A DNA stretch of 54,251 bases, filler included, from Jimgerdemannia flammicorona (Eukaryota), in assembly GCA_003990765.1 (NCBI GenBank). It is 3 parts of 3 records of this genome, joined end to end, with 100 filler letters (N's around TTAATTAATTAA, not from the genome) between each part and the next. Parts side by side here need not be neighbours in the genome. Positions count along the whole stretch, not along the records: positions 36,237 to 54,251 come from RBNJ01002328.1; 2 more parts are not named here. One strand, 5' to 3'. The position numbers were made by a program, and so were the translations under genes. Of this stretch, positions 48,627-54,251 are shown piece by piece. A model generated the notes under the pieces. It was not told the DNA's origin, ran no database searches, and saw only the letters and a program-made list of their open reading frames with translations. Position 1 is the stretch's first letter, and each line of letters starts with the position of its first letter.

Positions 48627-51600
48627 ACTTCAAGTGGCAAATTCTACCCTTCTATATAAAGTTACTACTGATGCCTCTGACCTAGCTCTTGGAGCAGTGC
48701 TTATGTAAAAAGGACACCCTGTGGTCTATCATTCTCATAAGTTCAATAAAGCTAAAATTAACTATATAACTCATAAGAAGAAAATGTTAGCCATTATAAA
48801 CACTCTAATCAAATAGTGATTATATCTCAAAAGAGCATACTTCACCATATTAATAGACCACAAATCATTAATCAACATCAAGACCTGGGCACTTTCCCAA
48901 AAGCAAGTCAGATGGATGAAAGTTCTCACTAATTTTGACTATGAAATCCAGTACTGCCCTAGCAAGAAAAACATTAATACTGATATAATTTCCAGACTAC
49001 TAATCAAAGAAGTTATACAAACCCTCACCTTAGTTACCAACTCTATTATGGAATAAATTATTGCAGCATATACTGATGATAAAGAAGCTCAAGCACTCCA
49101 AGAAATCCTAAGCAGTGATGATATTGACAAGTACTCCTGATATCATCAATACTAACTGAAAGATAATGCTATCTACTATAAGTGCAGATTGTATATCCCT
49201 AACAATCAAGACCTCTGAAGGACTATTCTATTCAAATATCAGAATGCCCCTATAGCCAGATATCTAGAATTTGACAAATACTATAAAGTTATTTTTCAAA
49301 ACTTCTATTGGCCCTATATAGCAGATCAACTAAAGATCTATATCACTTTCTGTAATACCTGCTAATATAACAAGTTCTCAATACTAGCAAAATCTGGCCT
49401 ACTCTAGCCTATCCTAGTATTATCTACTAATTAGAAACAAATCTCTATAGACTTTATTATGCAACTACTCTGAACCAAGAATGGAAAAGATACAATTATT
49501 GTCTTCATAGACTATCTTATCAAATAAGTCCACTTTGTATCTACTGCTACAACTGCAACAGCACCTGAAATTGCCATACTCTTATTTGATAATATCTTTT
49601 ACTATCATGGTCTTCTTAAGATCATTATTAGTAATCAAGATCTAAAATTTACCAGCTATTTTTGAAAAGCTCTATATGTATATCTTAGAATAAAACTTAC
49701 ACTATCTATAGCCTTTTACTCTAAAACTGATAGCTAAACTGAAAGGATGAACCAAACTCTAGAACAAATACTAAGAAACTATATTTACTATAAATAAGAT
49801 AATTAGTATGAACACCTTATTGTAGTCAAGTTTGCCTATAATAACAGTAAACAAGCATCTCTTGGAATGACTCTGTTCTTCACTAATATAGAACAAAACC
49901 TGAACACCTCTCTGATACTTATCAGAACTACTGATTAACTCTCTAATATTGAAGCTATTGAAGAATTCCTACTTCAAATGTGCAACTTAAGTCAGATTAC
50001 AATGAGAATTTATCTCAAGCTCAAGAATAACAATCTTAGTATATCAATCAGCACTGCTGAGAAGAAACTTTTGATATTAGAGAAAAAGTTCTACTAGATA
50101 TCCAAGAATACTGAGTTAATAATCTCAAGCACAGACTCTCTATAAAGCTAAATAGCAAATTCATTAGACTATTAGAAGTCATTATACAAGTCTCTCCAAC
50201 CTCCTACAAATTGATACTACTGGATACTATCAAGATTCACTCTGTCTTCAATGTCTAATATCTCAAGTGATATAATGAAAATGATGACAAACTATTTCTA
50301 AATTATACTATAAAACCACCAATACCTGTTATCATTAATGACCAAAAAGAATATAAAGTTGAACAAATTCTCAACAAATACAGCCACAAGAACTATCCAG
50401 AATACCTTGTCAAATAAAAAGGTTATCTGATCCATGATACAATATAGAAACTCAAAACTAACCTCCAGAATGTTACTGACTTAGTTCAAGAATATGATTC
50501 TTTAAACAACTAAATCTGAATAATCCAATATTTATCAGTCTTATACTATATATTACCCTCCTGAACATTGTTAAAAGTATTCTTATAATTATTATGAATA
50601 AAATCAAGAACTCTACAAGTCAAGATAAAAGAAATACCAACTTTCTAGAAAAATAACAAAACTGAAAACCAGTCTATTCTCCCCATACTACTAGTGAAAA
50701 ATGAGATATAGACATTTAAGAAGATTTCTTAGAGGAAATTCTCTAGTAGTAAATGACATCAGAATTACTTCTGATATATAGCATTGAATATATGACTCTT
50801 TAATATATGTATAAATCTAATATATTAGATAACTATACTATGAGTATACTACTTTCTGAGAAAAATGAATGTTACTAGACTTTTGACCATCTAAATGGTG
50901 TAACAACACTAGACCAAATTAGATGACCTTGATGAGAATATAAAAAACTAAGAAGGAGAGAGTTGTAAGTACACAATCTCTAAGTCACTAAAATTATATA
51001 ACTCTCTTAGAACAAATTTGGAAACCATATACAAGATCATGAAATGAGTCACTGAAGAGATCATCTGATTATACAAAGTATACCAGTAAGTACAAATATT
51101 TATTACCAAAACACAAGAATACTAGAAGAAGTACTATGACTATAAGGCTGATCTTAAATCTCTACTCATTGGATAACTAGTCTTAGTATACCATACTATC
51201 ATAAAAGGAAACTAGAGTATCAAACTCAAACTAAAATGAAAAGGACCCTATCTTATCCATCAAAAGTTCATGAACCATATATATTAACTCAAGACTCTGA
51301 ATAGAGTTATACTCAAGACTAAGATATACTGCAACTATATAAGACCTTATTACTCAGTAGAAGCAAAATACATTTGAATAACTTTATTTACTCCATCTGT
51401 ATTATCTTCATTGGAGAATGACAGATGCTTCATATAGAACTCAAGAAAGCCAACAATATTAAAACCAATCTTAAGCCCATCTATATGATAGATGTTATTA
51501 TTAGAAATTGCCTCAAATTATAGAAAATATTATTTCTAAGAAGTTTGAACCCCCAGCCATAATAATGAGAGCTCTGCTTTAGACAAGAATGGCCAGTTCT

Positions 51601-52500
51601 TGCAAATGTGCCAATAGTCCAAAAAAAAAGAGAACTAAGACCTGTTATTCCTGTGTAACTATCTCTGCCAAGGATAGCTCTAGTTTTGCAAGGGGTAGAT
51701 ATGACAATATTTTGAAACTAATGATATCAGAAGTCAGAAGACAGCTCAGACTTTATCAGAGATAATATTATCAATGGTGATCTCATCAAAGAATATCCAG
51801 ACAGTATCTAAACCTACAAATAGCTTAGTAGTCATTAGTATAGTTAGATTAGTCTTATACTATATATGTAACTGTATTCTGACTCAGCAATCAGTCAATC
51901 TCTTGATATATCAGTCCACACTTATACTATGTGACTATATTCTGACTCATCAAAGTACTAAGTACTATATCCATATTTAGCATAGTCCAGATAGCCTCCT
52001 ATTAGTATAAATATCTACTCTCTCAGACCTCAGAAACTCAGACTCAAATAGACAAGAACAGTCTAGAACTCCTGAATACTTTTCTACACAATATCCCTTT
52101 ACACACTACTCCTAGTATAGCAATATCATGAATAGTAAATAAATCTATTTAATAACCCACAAACTACTCTTAAGTAAATCTGTACTCTGTTAGATTCCAC
52201 TCCTAACTAGATCCTGAATTTCCTAATTAGGCATTGTCTGCAGTGATACATCAATTCAACTAAGCTGGTCTTAGTTTCTTGAACTTTCTGAAATATAAAA
52301 AATCCTGAACATCTAGAATAAGTCTAAAAAAGAACTTTAGTTGAGACATCAATCTAATCTTGAAATCAATAAGTATAAAGAATATACTCTATATGAAATT
52401 AATCTTGATCTTTAAGAAATAGTCTTCCAGAACATCTGGAACTTCCAGAAAACTCTTCTAGAACTATATAATAGTACTTTAATAAAGTAACTCTTTTATA
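48627..52500 (+). mobile_element. E7: 3' half of a decayed chromovirus-type Gypsy element (RH-INT-chromodomain-PPT-LTR family A)
   Basis: VTTDASDLALGAVL, IDHKSL, ISIDFIMQL, ERMNQTLEQILRNY. Chromodomain EYKVEQILNK..PEYLVK*KGY at ~50340-50510. PPT AAGAAGGAGAGAG at 50950-50962. Confidence 0.9.
50964..52500 (+). repeat. E7 3' LTR, family A
   Basis: Starts TGTAAG right after the PPT and is collinear with 2687-4173. Confidence 0.9.
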
Positions 52501-52820
52501 TTGAGAGTTCAGAGATATGTAATAGTAGCTGATATTGAATATCTTAAATGGCTGATGGAAGAGATAAAGACCTGATAGGGGATCATATAGGAAGCTTGTA
52601 GAGAAAATATACAGACAGAGTAAAGGGAGAATTGGGATAGCTGGGGAGATAATAACTTTTTAGAGAGATAGAGAGGAGGGGGGAGGAGACTTCTCATAGG
52701 ATTGGATGAGGGGTGTATTGTGTTTGTATTAGTTTAACATAGATTGGATGATAATAAAGTGGATTACAAATATATATATATATATATTATGCTGAAAAAA
52801 AAATAAAAAAAAATAAAATA
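52501..52820 (+). mobile_element. LINE 3'-end fragment with (TA)n and A-rich tail
   Basis: ggaggggggagg...ggattggatgaggggtgtattgt...aataaa resembles 36040-36115. Followed by (TA)n and A runs. Confidence 0.6.
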
Positions 52821-53108
52821 AGTTAGCAGAAAAATATATCAAATTATCATCCAAATTAGTTACCATTGTAACGGTGACCCCAGAATGATGACATCAGCAC
52901 AGGAGACAGCCTTTCCTTGTAAGCCACCAGATCAAAGCACAAGAAGATCATACGGCATACAAGATGAGCAATGATGACCAACTGTGAGTCATTGTGACCA
53001 CAGCACAAGCATCCTGAAGAATATAAAAGAAGGATCAAGGAACCGCAGTAGCAGCAACTAACAAGAACCACCAATCCCAAAATAGCTCAAAGACTTACCA
53101 CAAACGAA

Positions 53109-53933
53109 ATGCCTGCCGCCCGCCAAACCTCAAGGTCAAGGAACCACCAAGGCACCTCAGTTGAAGAAAGGATGTTCTAAGACATCAGAAGAGCCATGGA
53201 GACCCGCTCAAGAAGGACTCCTAGTGTCCACCTGGGTACTGCAGACCTCTATCACTTTATCCTCTACTGCCATGAAATAGAAACAAGGATCACCATCACC
53301 ACCGAATGCCTCCAAATGTGGCAGGAGTACGAAATAGGAAACCTCCTCTGCCGGGAGTTTCCACAGGCCAGCACCCAAGAGCTACAAGATGCCACTCCCA
53401 TAGATATACATGAAACGAGGACAGCTAAGAAGATCCATCAGATCTTCAGGCATGCACCATGGTCAATTCCCAACTTGGAGTATGTTAGAGTCTCAGATTT
53501 CAGAGACCTGTCATCTCACCACATCAATGCACTAGAAGCCAGGGTGGCTACAGAAGCCCAGTCCACTATCACCCTCAACAGTGAAGAAGTAGAAGACTTC
53601 TGGCACCCCATCCTTCAGGACAACCCAGACCAATTCCTGCAAGGATTGATCTCAGTATTCCAAGGCCCAAGCATCCAAGTTAGATCCCCCCAAGACCCCA
53701 CATTTGTCCTCTATTTTGTGGAAGAGAACCTCATAGATTGGAGAGCTCCAAATCTTGTCCCCGATTTCCCTGCCGAACGTGATGACGTCATCGGCGATGA
53801 CGTCATCCCGCGCGACATTGACATACCCGAAGCATGCGAGACACGTGACCTGCATGATGAATTCATGGATCTCATCTCCTTCAGTGATGATGATGATGAT
53901 GAAGCCCCCATGGTCCTGAACTTTCTGCTCTAA
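53109..53933 (+). CDS. LTR(U3)-encoded accessory protein of unknown function, 274 codons; one premature TAA at codon 24, with a 245-aa open frame from 53196
   Basis: MPAARQTSRSRNHQGTSVEERMF*DIRRAMETR...; the homolog at 41960 has Q at the stop. Conserved at protein level with 18446-19354 and 29364-29986. TATAAAA at 53022-53028. Confidence 0.8.
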
Positions 53934-53943
53934 GTTCTTTGTT

Positions 53944-54075
53944 ACACTGAATAATGCCAGCACCAGTATTTTCATGTAACACCAGATAATACCAGCACCG
54001 GTATTCTGAGGTGACGCGAAATTGTTCCAGCACCGGCATTTTGATGTGACACTGGATAATGCCAGCATCCTGAAC
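53944..54075 (+). repeat. Imperfect ~35-bp tandem repeat, about 4 units, in U3
   Basis: Unit approximately ACACTGGATAATGCCAGCACCGGTATTTTGATGTG. The equivalent position in E6 LTRs (~39800-39885, 48340-48425) holds a ~37-bp repeat. Confidence 0.8.
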
Positions 54076-54251
54076 CTGTACAACCAACAATACCAGCCCT
54101 GGAACTTAGTAGTTTTAGTTATTAGAATTTATATTTAGCTTTATATCTTAGCAACCATTGAATTATATTTTGTATAAATACCCCTCTTATTTCCTCTGAA
54201 ATAAAGTCAGTTCTTCTCAGTGCAATACACACACTTCCTTGCAAGCAATCT

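Larger units (their letters stand above)
52867..54251 (+). mobile_element. E8: comparatively young LTR of family C, running off the window end
   Basis: Starts TGTAACGGTGACCCC, matching the reverse complement of the E6 LTR start at 42219. No PPT upstream, so it is a 5' or solo LTR. TATAAATACCCC at 54173, AATAAA at 54200. Confidence 0.85.

Noticed and set aside
53944..54075. ~35-bp periodic repeats suggesting a CRISPR array
   Set aside because: Units are contiguous and degenerate, with no unique spacers and no cas genes, inside a eukaryotic LTR.
53652..54083. 143-aa antisense ORF in the E8 LTR
   Set aside because: Overlaps the sense ORF and the tandem repeat; no evidence of conservation in E3 or E4.

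Overview
Repeat-dense eukaryotic DNA, most likely fungal (an early-diverging lineage is plausible from the L1-type LINEs, but this is inference). The window is not one locus. It is three contigs of almost equal length (1-18018, 18119-36136, 36237-54251; 18018/18018/18015 bp) joined by artificial 100-bp N44-TTAATTAATTAA-N44 spacers. Most of the real sequence is nested, C>T/G>A-decayed retroelements: L1/Tx1-like LINEs (two near full length, three fragments), Ty3/Gypsy LTR elements from at least four LTR families, a solo LTR with a TSD, and a possible DIRS-like gag relic. Three Gypsy elements carry a dUTPase, in two different polyprotein positions, and three carry a chromodomain. One ~2.6-kb CpG-retaining island (36237-38890) looks like host DNA. 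The most notable signal is an accessory protein family I do not recognise (~270-300 aa, predicted helical core plus acidic tail). It appears in three different LTR-element families: once between the chromodomain and the PPT, and twice inside U3 of the LTR, where it has its own upstream TATA. The LTRs also appear to swap U3 modules. Element labels used below: E2 11685-17644, E3 18119-26755, E4 26756-~30287, E6 39383-48626, E7 48627-52500, E8 52867-54251.
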